Assembly: GCF_000146505.1 (NCBI RefSeq)
Contig: NC_017448.1
Coordinates: 3,510,001-3,542,000 of the forward strand
DNA: 32,000 nt
DNA from: Fibrobacter succinogenes subsp. succinogenes S85
GTDB lineage: Bacteria; Fibrobacterota; Fibrobacteria; Fibrobacterales; Fibrobacteraceae
Direction: 5' to 3'
Of the stretch, positions 1 through 8,790 are shown piece by piece. Every line of letters begins with the position of its first letter. Position 1 is the stretch's first letter. A program made the translations under genes and the position numbers. Under the pieces are notes generated by a model. The model saw nothing but the letters and a program-made list of their open reading frames with translations. It searched no databases and was not told the DNA's origin.

Positions 1-371
1 ATACGGCGGTGAACGCTTACATCCAACAGAATCTGGACGTGGCGCAAACGGCGATGGACCGCTTTGATCGCGGTGAACGCAATCTTTCGACGCTTGCGTT
101 TGGCTGTGACGAAGCGACTTATAAAGAACTTGTGGAAATGGTGCGCCGCTTCCGTCGCGAAGTGCTTGCTAAAGTAGGTGCGTGTCAAAAGCCGAATCGC
201 GTTTTCCAGCTCGGCATGCAGCTTTTTCCGCTTTCGGACCCGTATCCGCCACCGCAGAGGCGTGGGCGCAAACGCCGCATTCGCGGTGCCGAAATACAGA
301 ATGCTTCTCGTGAAATCACGGATGAATCTCGCGAACCTGCCGAAGTTCAAGGGGGCAATCATGAAAACTAG
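1..371 (+). CDS. C-terminal fragment of a TIGR02147/DUF4423-type paralogous-family protein (5-prime end lies outside the window)
   Basis: The frame is open from base 3, and the track start at 9 is an internal GTG. The tail ...NRVFQLGMQLFPLS matches my recollection of the conserved C-terminus of the TIGR02147 family defined in F. succinogenes. It is followed by a basic/Pro-rich 45-aa extension. Stop TAG at 369-371. Confidence 0.5.
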   Translation, partial: TAVNAYIQQNLDVAQTAMDRFDRGERNLSTLAFGCDEATYKELVEMVRRFRREVLAKVGACQKPNRVFQLGMQLFPLSDPYPPPQRRGRKRRIRGAEIQNASREITDESREPAEVQGGNHEN

Positions 372-2055
372 TTGGATGACGGTTGCTCAAATGCGCTTGT
401 TGGCTTTGCTTGGCGTGATTTCTTTTGGCCTTGTGGCTTGTGGCGATGATGGCAAAGTGGCTGGTGGCACCGAAGCCGAATCGACTATTGCTTTGTATGT
501 TCAAATGGCTGATGGAACGCCTGCGTCTACGGCGCGTGTTCGCATTTTGCCGGACGATTACCTTTCTAGCGGCCCTGCGGAAAATGCTTGGAACGAAACA
601 GATGAGGATGGGCAAGTCTCGTTTGAAGTCCGTAACGGCCGCTATACCATTGAAGCACGTAACGTGAATAAGTCTGAGGCTTCGGGTGCTGTGCATTCAG
701 TAGCTCTTGCCAAATCGGATTCCAAAGTTGATACCATCAAGCTTGGCGAGCTTTCGTCTATCGAAGGCTTTGTGCTGCTTGGGGCATCGCCTGTCGTTCG
801 CGTGGCGGGCATTGATCGCTACGTTGTTCCTGATAGTACGGGCCATTTTGTGATTGATTCGCTTCCGCAGGGGAGTTTTGATGTGCAAATTGGTGAACCT
901 GAAGAAGTCCATTCAACAGTGGTGCAATCCAATGCGGGGGACACTTTGTTTGTGGATGGTTCCGACACTTCATCGACTATTAAAGTGGTGAAGTCAAAAA
1001 CATCGACGGCAACGGAATATCCCGAAAGCGACTGGAGCGTACACGATGCTTTGCTAAAACAGCTCCAAGGCTATGCCACAGGGACGCTCGGAGCTTCTGG
1101 CCGTACCGATAGCACGGGGAAAATTGAAAAGGCCGAAGGCGAAATTTGCATTGTTACGACAACGGATGATTTGATTGACGTGGTGGATTCTTCAAAAGTG
1201 GATTCGTTGGGAAATTACGGAACTAAGGTCGCCTTGTCCCAGGGCTCTTTCCGTGAATGCGCCGAGAAGGATACTCCAGTCTGGATTCTCTTTGAAAAAA
1301 ATGGAACGTACAATTTGCGTTCGCCATTGCGCATAAAGTCTGATAAAACTGTGGATGGCCGTGGCCGCGATGTGCGCATTACGGGCATGGGCATTTTGAC
1401 TCAGGAATCCTCAAATCTCATTTTCGAGAATTTGACCTTTACCGCACCAGCAATTACGGCACGGGATACGACGAGCCGTCGTGCTCTCTCGATCCACAAC
1501 CGCACGCATCACGTTTGGGTGGATCATTGCACGTTCGAAGAATACCCGCTCATCGAGGTGGATATCAAGCGCAGTTCGTATGCGGTGACGCTCTCGTGGA
1601 ATCGTTTTGAAAATGCGCAGACCGGCATTCTGTTTGGTCTTGAACCGGATATCTTTGTGGATACTGCTCAGACGCTTACGATGCACCACAACTACTTTGC
1701 GAACATGGAAGCTCGCGGTGTGCTTGCACGTCATGGCAAATTGCATGCGTACAACAATTTCTTTTACGATGTAAAACAGGCCGGAATTGAGTGCACCGAT
1801 TCTGCGTCCTGCTACATCTCAAACAATGCGTTCAACATCGAAACGCCGGTTGCTGTGTACCGCCTTGAAAACGAAGACGGTACGCCGGACGAATCAACGC
1901 TTGGCTTTGTTAAAATGGACGGGAATATGTTTGGCCTTGGAGGCGAGGAACTCGCTGGCGATGCCAATGGCTATGAATTGGATTATACAGTGTTAGTGGA
2001 AATCTCGGATGCAGAACTTGCCGCTAGCATCAAGAATGAAGCCGGTCCTCGGTAA
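361..2055 (+). CDS. Secreted lipoprotein with a PL1-family pectate lyase catalytic domain
   Basis: ATG at 361 is preceded by an AAGGGGG SD. The N-terminus MKTSWMTVAQMRLLALLGVISFGLVAC is a signal peptide plus lipobox. The C-terminal half has PL1 hallmarks (HHVWVDHCTF; RGVLARHGKLHAYNNFF). The longer track start at 178 would overlap the upstream CDS by about 190 nt and is not used. Confidence 0.75.
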   Translation: MKTSWMTVAQMRLLALLGVISFGLVACGDDGKVAGGTEAESTIALYVQMADGTPASTARVRILPDDYLSSGPAENAWNETDEDGQVSFEVRNGRYTIEARNVNKSEASGAVHSVALAKSDSKVDTIKLGELSSIEGFVLLGASPVVRVAGIDRYVVPDSTGHFVIDSLPQGSFDVQIGEPEEVHSTVVQSNAGDTLFVDGSDTSSTIKVVKSKTSTATEYPESDWSVHDALLKQLQGYATGTLGASGRTDSTGKIEKAEGEICIVTTTDDLIDVVDSSKVDSLGNYGTKVALSQGSFRECAEKDTPVWILFEKNGTYNLRSPLRIKSDKTVDGRGRDVRITGMGILTQESSNLIFENLTFTAPAITARDTTSRRALSIHNRTHHVWVDHCTFEEYPLIEVDIKRSSYAVTLSWNRFENAQTGILFGLEPDIFVDTAQTLTMHHNYFANMEARGVLARHGKLHAYNNFFYDVKQAGIECTDSASCYISNNAFNIETPVAVYRLENEDGTPDESTLGFVKMDGNMFGLGGEELAGDANGYELDYTVLVEISDAELAASIKNEAGPR

Positions 2056-2066
2056 AATGTTGGCGT

Positions 2067-2111
2067 TACTTCCTACTTCCTACTTCTAACTTCCTACTAA
2101 ATTGCTATATT
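2067..2111 (+). promoter_or_regulatory. 7-nt periodic pyrimidine-rich array (TACTTCC x about 5) running into CTAAA and a TATATT(TG) box upstream of glyA
   Basis: Read directly: TACTTCC TACTTCC TACTTCT AACTTCC TACTAAA at 2067-2101, then TATATT at 2106-2111. The SD AAAGGAG and the ATG at 2139 follow. TATATTTG also fits the Bacteroidetes-type TAnnTTTG box. Confidence 0.45.
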
Positions 2112-2138
2112 TGCGGTGCGAACTTTAAAGGAGCTATA

Positions 2139-3422
2139 ATGCTTAAATCTACATTGCAACAGACCGATCCGGAAATCTATAACATCATCCAGAAGGAAGC
2201 CGAACGCCAGGAATATGGTATCGAACTTATCGCTTCTGAAAACTACACTTCCAAGGCTGTGATGGAAGCCATGGGTTCTGTTCTCACGAACAAGTACAGT
2301 GAAGGTTACGTTGGCAAGCGCTACTACGGTGGTAACGAAGTTATCGACGAAATGGAAGCTCTCGCTATCGATCGTTGCAAGAAGCTCTTTGGTTGCGACC
2401 ACGTGAACATCCAGCCGCTTTCCGGTTCTCCGGCTAACGCTGCTGTCTACTTCGCCGTTCTCAAACCGGGTGACAAGGTCCTCGGCCTCAAGCTCGACCA
2501 CGGTGGACACCTTTCTCACGGCCATCCGGTGAACTTCTCCGGTATGCTCTACAACTTCGTGCAGTACGAAGTCGATAAGGAAACGGGTCGCATCGATATG
2601 GACAAGGTCCGCGAAATTGCTCTCCGCGAAAAGCCGAAGATGATCCTCGCTGGTTTCTCTGCTTACAGCCGTAACCTCGACTGGAAGCGCTTCAAGGAAA
2701 TCGCAGACGAAGTTGGCGCTCTCACGATGGCTGACATTTCTCACATTGCTGGCCTCATCGCCGGTAAGGCAATCGAATCTCCGGTGCCGTACTTCGACAT
2801 CGTGACGACCACGACCCACAAGACTCTCCGTGGCCCGCGTTCCGCTATCATCATGTGCAAGGACCGCACGATCCAGAAGATGGTGAAGGGCGAACTCAAG
2901 GAAGTTTCCCTCGCCAAGGAAATCGACAAGGGCGTGTTCCCGGGCATGCAGGGTGGTCCGCATGACCACATCAACGCCGGTAAGGCCGTTGCATTCCTCG
3001 AAGCTTTGCAGCCGGAATTCCAGACCTACGCCAAGAACGTCATCAAGAATGCTCAGGCTATGTGCGCTGAAATGCAGAAGCTCGGCTACAAGGTCATCAG
3101 CGATGGCACCGACAACCACCTCATCGTTGTCGACATGACTTCTAAGGGCGTTTCCGGTAAGGAAGCTGAAGTCGCTATGGAAAAGGTCGGCATCTCCTGC
3201 AGCCGTTCCACGATTCCGTTCGATCCGCGCAAGCCGATGGATCCGTCTGGTGTTCGTCTCGGTACTGCCGCTATCACGACCCGTGGCTTCGATGAAGAAG
3301 ACACCCGCGAAGTGGCCCGCATCATCGACCGCGCTATCCAGGCTAAGGATGACGATGCCGCTCTCGCCAAGATCCGCGAAGACATCGTCGCTCTCTGCAA
3401 GAAACACCCGCTTTATAAGTAA
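2139..3422 (+). CDS. glyA: Serine hydroxymethyltransferase
   Basis: 427 aa and full length, with classic SHMT sequence throughout (ELIASENYTSKAVMEAMGSVLTNKYSEGY...; TTTTHKTLRGPR with the PLP lysine). A strong SD is present. Confidence 0.97.
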   Translation: MLKSTLQQTDPEIYNIIQKEAERQEYGIELIASENYTSKAVMEAMGSVLTNKYSEGYVGKRYYGGNEVIDEMEALAIDRCKKLFGCDHVNIQPLSGSPANAAVYFAVLKPGDKVLGLKLDHGGHLSHGHPVNFSGMLYNFVQYEVDKETGRIDMDKVREIALREKPKMILAGFSAYSRNLDWKRFKEIADEVGALTMADISHIAGLIAGKAIESPVPYFDIVTTTTHKTLRGPRSAIIMCKDRTIQKMVKGELKEVSLAKEIDKGVFPGMQGGPHDHINAGKAVAFLEALQPEFQTYAKNVIKNAQAMCAEMQKLGYKVISDGTDNHLIVVDMTSKGVSGKEAEVAMEKVGISCSRSTIPFDPRKPMDPSGVRLGTAAITTRGFDEEDTREVARIIDRAIQAKDDDAALAKIREDIVALCKKHPLYK

Positions 3423-3468
3423 TTAGTGGTTGGTGGTTAGGGAATAACCGCTGCGCTTCCTACTAAAG
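3423..3468. repeat. 7-nt periodic array (TTAGTGG TTGGTGG TTAGGGA), GC-rich core and TTCCTACTAAAG immediately 3-prime of glyA
   Basis: Read directly. The first part is the reverse-complement type of the CTAACCA words at 18111. The last part repeats the TTCCTACTAAA word at 2091. Confidence 0.6.
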
Positions 3469-3473
3469 AATTT

Positions 3474-3509
3474 GCCCTCGGTTAAAAACCGAGGGCTTTT
3501 GTGTTTTTT
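3474..3509 (+). terminator. Rho-independent terminator of glyA
   Basis: GCCCTCGG (3474-3481) / loop TTAAAAA / CCGAGGGC (3489-3496), followed by TTTTGTGTTTTTT. Confidence 0.8.
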
Positions 3510-3566
3510 GAATAGCTTGTTTTGTATATTGCGGACAAAAAAACTTCATTTGTAGTGAGTGTTGGA

Positions 3567-4379
3567 ATGAATAATATTTATGCTCTTATTTTGTCTATCG
3601 CAATGTTTTTCTTTGCCGCGTGCGGTGAAAGCGACTCGTCTGTGAATCCCGTTGATGACACGGGTTCCTCTCTATCATCTTATGAAAAATCCTGTAGCAG
3701 TTCCGCAAAATCAAGTAGCTCTGTAAAACCTAAACCAAGTGAGTCCGCAAAAAAAGTTAATGAAGATTGTGTCTATGATGCGAAGGCGGAAACGCTTAAA
3801 GATTTGCGTGATGGACAAACGTACAAAACGGTGAAAATAGACAATCAGATTTGGATGGCGGAAAACCTCAACTACAAAACTGACGATAGCTATTGTTATG
3901 ACAATAACGATAAATATTGCTCTAAATACGGACGACTTTATACTTGGGCGGCAGCAATGGATAGTGCCAGCGTATTCAGTGAAAATGGCGAAGGCTGCGG
4001 TTATGGCAAGAAATGTTCACCAACGTACCCAGTGCGTGGAATTTGCTTTAACGGATGGCATATTCCTGATGCTAGTGAATGGAATAGGTTGTTTGCGATG
4101 GCAGACGATTCTATTGGAACAAAACTCAAGTCTGTATCGGGTTGGAGTTTTAACAGTGGAAATGGCACGGATTTATTCGGCTTTTCGGCTCTTCCTGCGG
4201 GGCACAGGGATTTTATTGGCGGTTTCTATGGCGATAGTACCGAAGCGTATTTTTGGAGCTCTACAGAACGTGATTGGTATAATGCTCGCTATGTGGGGCT
4301 GCAAAAACATAATAGTGAGGGGGCTCGATGGGGGCTCGAAAAGGACAAAGCCATTTCCATCCGTTGTGTTAAAGACTAA
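3567..4379 (+). CDS. Lipoprotein with a Fibrobacter succinogenes major paralogous (FISUMP, TIGR02145) domain
   Basis: ATG at 3567 gives MNNIYALILSIAMFFFAAC (signal peptide plus lipobox), then a Ser-rich linker. The FISUMP signature follows (DGQTYKTVKIDNQIWMAENLNY...YGRLYTW...GWHIPDASEWNRL...GFSALPAGHR...AYFWSSTE). The track start at 3522 is TTG and less likely. Confidence 0.8.
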   Translation: MNNIYALILSIAMFFFAACGESDSSVNPVDDTGSSLSSYEKSCSSSAKSSSSVKPKPSESAKKVNEDCVYDAKAETLKDLRDGQTYKTVKIDNQIWMAENLNYKTDDSYCYDNNDKYCSKYGRLYTWAAAMDSASVFSENGEGCGYGKKCSPTYPVRGICFNGWHIPDASEWNRLFAMADDSIGTKLKSVSGWSFNSGNGTDLFGFSALPAGHRDFIGGFYGDSTEAYFWSSTERDWYNARYVGLQKHNSEGARWGLEKDKAISIRCVKD

Positions 4380-4384
4380 ATTCT

Positions 4385-4600
4385 CATTTTGTCAACGATT
4401 AACCTAGCGTAAAAACGCCTAATTTTGCAAAATAAGCATATATTCCATACGGGAGATATTGTATGGAATGTTTTAAAACTTCTCTTTGCGCGGCGTTTTC
4501 GCTTGCTGTTTCTGCGACATCTGTGTTCGCTGGCCCGATTACAACGGTTCCTTGGAACGGTCATCCGGGGGCGGCCAAACTTGTTTGGACATGACCGAGA
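4385..4600 (+). repeat. Direct repeat copy A: promoter-proximal region plus the signal-peptide-coding 5-prime end of the CE4 gene
   Basis: CATTTTGTCAA(C/T)G at 4385 and 8574 starts the similarity. The core 4451-4569 aligns with 8653-8761 with about 5 substitutions, a 1-nt indel and a 9-nt indel. Confidence 0.8.
4463..4594 (+). pseudogene. Truncated remnant of a CE4 polysaccharide-deacetylase paralog (43-codon ORF)
   Basis: It translates to MECFKTSLCAAFSLAVSATSVFAGPITTVPWNGHPGAAKLVWT*. The intact gene at 8664 starts MECFKTSLCAAFSLAVSTFAGPITTVPWNGHPGAATFTFDDG. An extra G near 4587 shifts the frame just before the TFDDG catalytic motif. Weaker nucleotide similarity continues to about 4640. Confidence 0.6.
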
Positions 4601-4891
4601 CCAGCATTTAACGCCGTTGGCGTTCGTGGCTGCGGTTATGCCATATCTGAATACAAGTATTCAGTTGCGTCATAACCTTGCACACTATTGGTACTTGAAC
4701 GAAGTGAATGTACAAGTAGACAGTGGTTAGGAATTGCTGCTGGACACTGCTGTTGTCATTCTGGAGCCACGCAGTGGCGATAGAATCCAAACAAGTGTTG
4801 TCTGTAGAGGACACTTTGCAAAGCTCGCCCTTTTTTTTGTGTGATTTTGTACGCTTCCCGTTTTAGATTTATCCCCAAAAAAGGTGTCGGG

Positions 4892-7800
4892 ATGTTGAAA
4901 AAATATGTGTTAGGGCTGTTTCTAGGCATTACGGCTGCTTTTGCAAGCGGCCAACAAAAAACAATTGCTTTCTTTACTCCGTGGTCGAATACGAATGCTG
5001 TCCTTTATATGGGCGGCGATTCTGTAGCCACCATGACTTCGCTTGAAAATTACTGCGGGTGGTTCAAGGCTACGGTAGATGCCCCTGAAAGCGATTTCAA
5101 GGTTTACTTTAAACAGACCGTCGGATTTAATTATGTCGGCGCCGAAGGCTTGGTCTCGACGGAACCGACTATGGCGACTGAAATTGCGCTTGATTCTGTG
5201 GCGGCCCTTTCGGATACGATTTGGGTTCAAGGCTACAAGACGGATGTGCCCGCGCTATTTTCGAAATATCCTGGCGTTCTTGGCGATTGCCCGCTAAAGA
5301 AAATTCCTGTGACTGTTTACGACTGGCTTCATGGAACTAAGGGCGATGGAGACGGTAGCGGTAAAAATGGCGACCCGGCAAACGGTGTGAGCGCTGATTT
5401 TGGGTCGGGTGGATGCTCTGGCAAATCGAAGGCTGTGACGGGCATGGTCGAATACAATCTCGGTCCAAACGGCGTTCCTGTTCGTGCAAATCCGTTCCCG
5501 GAAAACTGCAAGATTACGGATCATTTGGATAGCTGGTTCTTGCCACAGGTTATCGGCATGGATTCTGCGGGTAACGAGTACACCAATATGACTTGCCGCG
5601 ACCTTTATGTTTCTTTGGACGATGATGGATTTTGGCTTGCAGAAGTGTCGAAAGACCGCATATCGGAAGGCAACGAAAAGAATTCAGATGGCATGTTCCT
5701 ACTGGATGATTTTGAATATCTCGATGATGCAAAGACCGTTCCGAATCCTTATTTTGACCAACTTAAGGGAACAAAAATCGGCAAGCATAATTTTGGCTAT
5801 ACTGCAAAAATTCAGGCGACCTTTGAATATGTTCCAGGGCAGTATTTTGATTTTTATGGAGACGATGACGTTTGGGTGTTTATTGATAATCGATTGGCTG
5901 TAGATATCGGTGGCCAGCACGCCCAAGTGGCGGGTGCCGTGGATCTCGATACGATTGGTCAAAATACTGGGAACAAGCTTGTTCCTGGAAAGACTTATGA
6001 TTTCCACATCTTTTACGTTGAACGCCATACGGGTTCCTCGAATTTCCGCATGCGCACCTCCATTGACTTGCATGTGGATGCGTCGATTTTCTTGACGTCT
6101 GATAATCGCGATGAAGGAAAGCGTTTTGAAATTTGGCAAATCAATAAGAAAAATAAGCTGTCTTGCAATTACGATGCAAATTCAACGGAACTGGATACGA
6201 TTGGAGGCGTCTCTACGTTTACGCTCACCGGCGGAAATCTTGCAGAACCTGAAATTCTTGATGTCGGAACGCATTACGAAGGCATCGTAATTACAAGCGA
6301 TTCAACATTCTACATTGACTCGGCGGCGATTGTGTCGAATGTTGCCCTTGCTCCTGGTCATTACTTCTTGGAAATTACGTTGAAGGCTGATCCCAGCCAA
6401 AAGACTAAAGTTGAAATTACGGTTCCCTCTTATGCGGTGCCAAGCGTTGCTTTTATGAAGACGGATTGGACTATTCTCGGGAAAAATGTTTCTGGCGATA
6501 CGGTGCAAATTGGCGAATGGGCGTATGCGACCTATCAAGTGAATATTGCCTTCTTTGAAGAATGGGCGAAGGTCAACAATTACAATCGAAAGATAAATCT
6601 ATCATTCTCCGATGTGAATATTGATATTTTGGATACTGTGGACGGAAATAAAATCAATGCTGTGAATTTGGATGCAAATGGAAAAGCAACATTCTTTGTC
6701 CGTGCTAATGCGCCTGTGTCGGGCGTGACGCTTACGGCGAAGGGTGCTGCTGCAGGTGTGTCCGTGTGGACGGACCTTGTGTTTGCGGCTCCGCCGGTTC
6801 CCCGTGTGTCAAATGCCATTGCGATTGACCGAAACGGTGATGGTCGTGCCGATAGTTTGTATGTGCATTTTGATAAATCTCTCAAGCAAAAGAGCAAACT
6901 CGATTCTATCCAGTTTACTTTTGGGGAATCGTTTAATACGACCTCCAAGTTTACGATTGTCAATGAAAATGATATTGTAATTACGGCTGAAAACTTGACT
7001 CCGCAAAATTGCTCTGGGGATGTGTGCGGCTTTGGAAGCAAGGTCTTTACAGGGGGCACCTCGGACGTTTATGTCGGAAGTTTAAACAATTGGTTTACCT
7101 ATGAAGACAAAGGAAAGACTGGTCGCTTCTATATGGAAAATGAACCCATTGCTGATGGGGTCGGGCCTGTTATTCTTACGGCTGTAAAATCAAAAAATAA
7201 TAATGGAAATGTAATGCTCTTGCTTACTTTCAGCGAAACCGTGTCCGATGAATCCAAAAAGAATTTTGTACAAATGTTCGATTTCCTCTGTGTACGTTCA
7301 GGAGAAAATCGTACTCCTGAAAATCCGATGCTGCAAGGAGGGGCTGATAAAACCATGTTGCTCATTTACGAGGCGACTGCAAAAGATGCGGTGCTCCCGA
7401 CTAGTGGTGATCGCGTTCGTTTTACCGTTGATGGAATTGTTACGGACCTTGCACAAAATAAGGCCCATAAAGAGAACCCTTGGGTTGTCATAGCCGGGGA
7501 TCAGGAACTTTCTCTTGAAAGTCCCAATGTGGTACTGATTGGCGAAGATCCTTATGATATCATCAAGAAGGATTCCGTTACACAGGCTCTGCTTATTCCT
7601 AACACAGCGCAGAATGCTCAGGAAATAGGGGATTCTCTTGGCGTTCAGGGAAGTCTTGTCGATTTCGATGTCTCGAAAGTTATGATTGAACAGACTCAGA
7701 CTGCAGTGAATCATCTTGATGCGTTTATTGAATCTCGAATTGATAATACGGTCCACTACGACACCACCGTTACAAGCATCAGCGAAGAAGAAGCTCTTGT

Positions 7801-8491
7801 GCAACTTTTTAACGACATCCGTACAGTAGTTGTGGATACGTCTTACGGGTTTAGCGAAGAGACGGTCAACGGGATTTTAGACGGAGCTATAAACGAGGGT
7901 AATTATAAATTAATAGTTCGACCGGAAGACCAGGCGCTTATCGCGACGATGGTCGAAGCGAATGTTGATGCGAGCCGCGATACCACCATTGCGATAGATG
8001 AAATTTTATCTGTAACGCAGGCAGACTTGTTCGATGCAATTCGACAAGGAAAAATGGATAGAGAACTTTTGCAAGCCGGTGTAAGCCAAGAACTGATTGA
8101 TGCCATAAAAAATGGCGATGTAAATGAATTCAATATCGGTGAATATCGCAGTGGCGAAAAAACTGTAATTTCGGGTGATGATGTTGAACTTTATTACCAT
8201 ACGCGGTATTTCAGTCACTTGGGAGAATTTGTTGGAGATTATTCCAGTTCAATTAAATGTTCGGATCGTGATTTATATGGAGAAGAAGGTTGCTTAAAAA
8301 ACAAGGGAAGAATTTTCCTAGCTTGGAATATGCGCTCTAATAATGGCCGTTTAGTGGGCACCGGAGTTTATATCGAACGCCTTGAAATCAAGGTTATCGT
8401 GAACGGGAAAAAAAATATACACCAGGTTCGGGATAAATTGATGGGCGTACGCCGTAAAGGTGGCACGTTGTCTCATAAAAATAGTCTTTGA
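4892..8491 (+). CDS. Large secreted fibro-slime domain protein (TIGR02148, PA14-like)
   Basis: ATG at 4892 follows an AAGGTG SD, and MLKKYVLGLFLGITAAFASGQQ is a signal peptide. The fibro-slime core is recognisable: NFGYTAKIQATFEYVPGQYFDFYGDDDVWVFIDNRLAVDIGGQHAQVAGAVDLD...GKTYDFHIFYVERHTGSSNFRMRTSIDL. The track start at 4841 is GTG with no SD. Confidence 0.85.
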   Translation: MLKKYVLGLFLGITAAFASGQQKTIAFFTPWSNTNAVLYMGGDSVATMTSLENYCGWFKATVDAPESDFKVYFKQTVGFNYVGAEGLVSTEPTMATEIALDSVAALSDTIWVQGYKTDVPALFSKYPGVLGDCPLKKIPVTVYDWLHGTKGDGDGSGKNGDPANGVSADFGSGGCSGKSKAVTGMVEYNLGPNGVPVRANPFPENCKITDHLDSWFLPQVIGMDSAGNEYTNMTCRDLYVSLDDDGFWLAEVSKDRISEGNEKNSDGMFLLDDFEYLDDAKTVPNPYFDQLKGTKIGKHNFGYTAKIQATFEYVPGQYFDFYGDDDVWVFIDNRLAVDIGGQHAQVAGAVDLDTIGQNTGNKLVPGKTYDFHIFYVERHTGSSNFRMRTSIDLHVDASIFLTSDNRDEGKRFEIWQINKKNKLSCNYDANSTELDTIGGVSTFTLTGGNLAEPEILDVGTHYEGIVITSDSTFYIDSAAIVSNVALAPGHYFLEITLKADPSQKTKVEITVPSYAVPSVAFMKTDWTILGKNVSGDTVQIGEWAYATYQVNIAFFEEWAKVNNYNRKINLSFSDVNIDILDTVDGNKINAVNLDANGKATFFVRANAPVSGVTLTAKGAAAGVSVWTDLVFAAPPVPRVSNAIAIDRNGDGRADSLYVHFDKSLKQKSKLDSIQFTFGESFNTTSKFTIVNENDIVITAENLTPQNCSGDVCGFGSKVFTGGTSDVYVGSLNNWFTYEDKGKTGRFYMENEPIADGVGPVILTAVKSKNNNGNVMLLLTFSETVSDESKKNFVQMFDFLCVRSGENRTPENPMLQGGADKTMLLIYEATAKDAVLPTSGDRVRFTVDGIVTDLAQNKAHKENPWVVIAGDQELSLESPNVVLIGEDPYDIIKKDSVTQALLIPNTAQNAQEIGDSLGVQGSLVDFDVSKVMIEQTQTAVNHLDAFIESRIDNTVHYDTTVTSISEEEALVQLFNDIRTVVVDTSYGFSEETVNGILDGAINEGNYKLIVRPEDQALIATMVEANVDASRDTTIAIDEILSVTQADLFDAIRQGKMDRELLQAGVSQELIDAIKNGDVNEFNIGEYRSGEKTVISGDDVELYYHTRYFSHLGEFVGDYSSSIKCSDRDLYGEEGCLKNKGRIFLAWNMRSNNGRLVGTGVYIERLEIKVIVNGKKNIHQVRDKLMGVRRKGGTLSHKNSL

Positions 8492-8527
8492 AATTGAAGC
8501 ATATACAACACCCACAGACTCCAAATG

Positions 8528-8553
8528 CGCAGACTCGAAAGAGCCTGCGTTTT
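8528..8553 (+). terminator. Rho-independent terminator of the fibro-slime gene
   Basis: CGCAGACTC / GAAA tetraloop / GAGCCTGCG (9 bp, one mismatch), followed by TTTT. Confidence 0.7.
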
Positions 8554-8573
8554 GCAATTCAGGGTGCTTTTAG

Positions 8574-8790
8574 CATTTTGTCAATGTTTTTTGTAACGTA
8601 GTTTGTTCTCTTTACCTTAAAAGAGGGTATTTTCATGCATAGAAAAATGTATGGGAGATATGTATGGAATGTTTTAAAACTTCCCTTTGCGCGGCATTTT
8701 CGCTTGCTGTTTCTACTTTTGCTGGCCCGATCACTACGGTTCCTTGGAATGGTCATCCGGGTGCGGCGACTTTCACGTTTGACGATGGTC
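8574..8790 (+). repeat. Direct repeat copy B (functional promoter and 5-prime end of the CE4 gene)
   Basis: Partner of 4385-4600. See that feature. Confidence 0.8.

Noticed and set aside
178-360. Longer 625-aa version of the pectate-lyase ORF starting at 178
   Set aside because: The extension overlaps the upstream CDS in another frame and is Arg-rich nonsense. The ATG at 361 has an SD and gives a proper signal peptide plus lipobox.
2097-3407. 436-aa ORF antisense to glyA
   Set aside because: It is the mirror image of a strongly codon-biased, unambiguous gene. Its translation is low-complexity (D/V/A/E/H-rich) with no motifs, and it has no SD. It is a typical shadow ORF.
4425-4730. 101-aa ORF in the spacer upstream of the fibro-slime gene
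   Set aside because: It runs through the decayed CE4 remnant in a shifted frame and has no SD. It is best explained as pseudogene debris rather than a gene.
8408-8415. A8 homopolymer near the 3-prime end of the fibro-slime gene as a slippage switch
   Set aside because: It is a single modest run encoding GKKN close to the stop. Nothing in the window suggests alternative frames with meaningful products.
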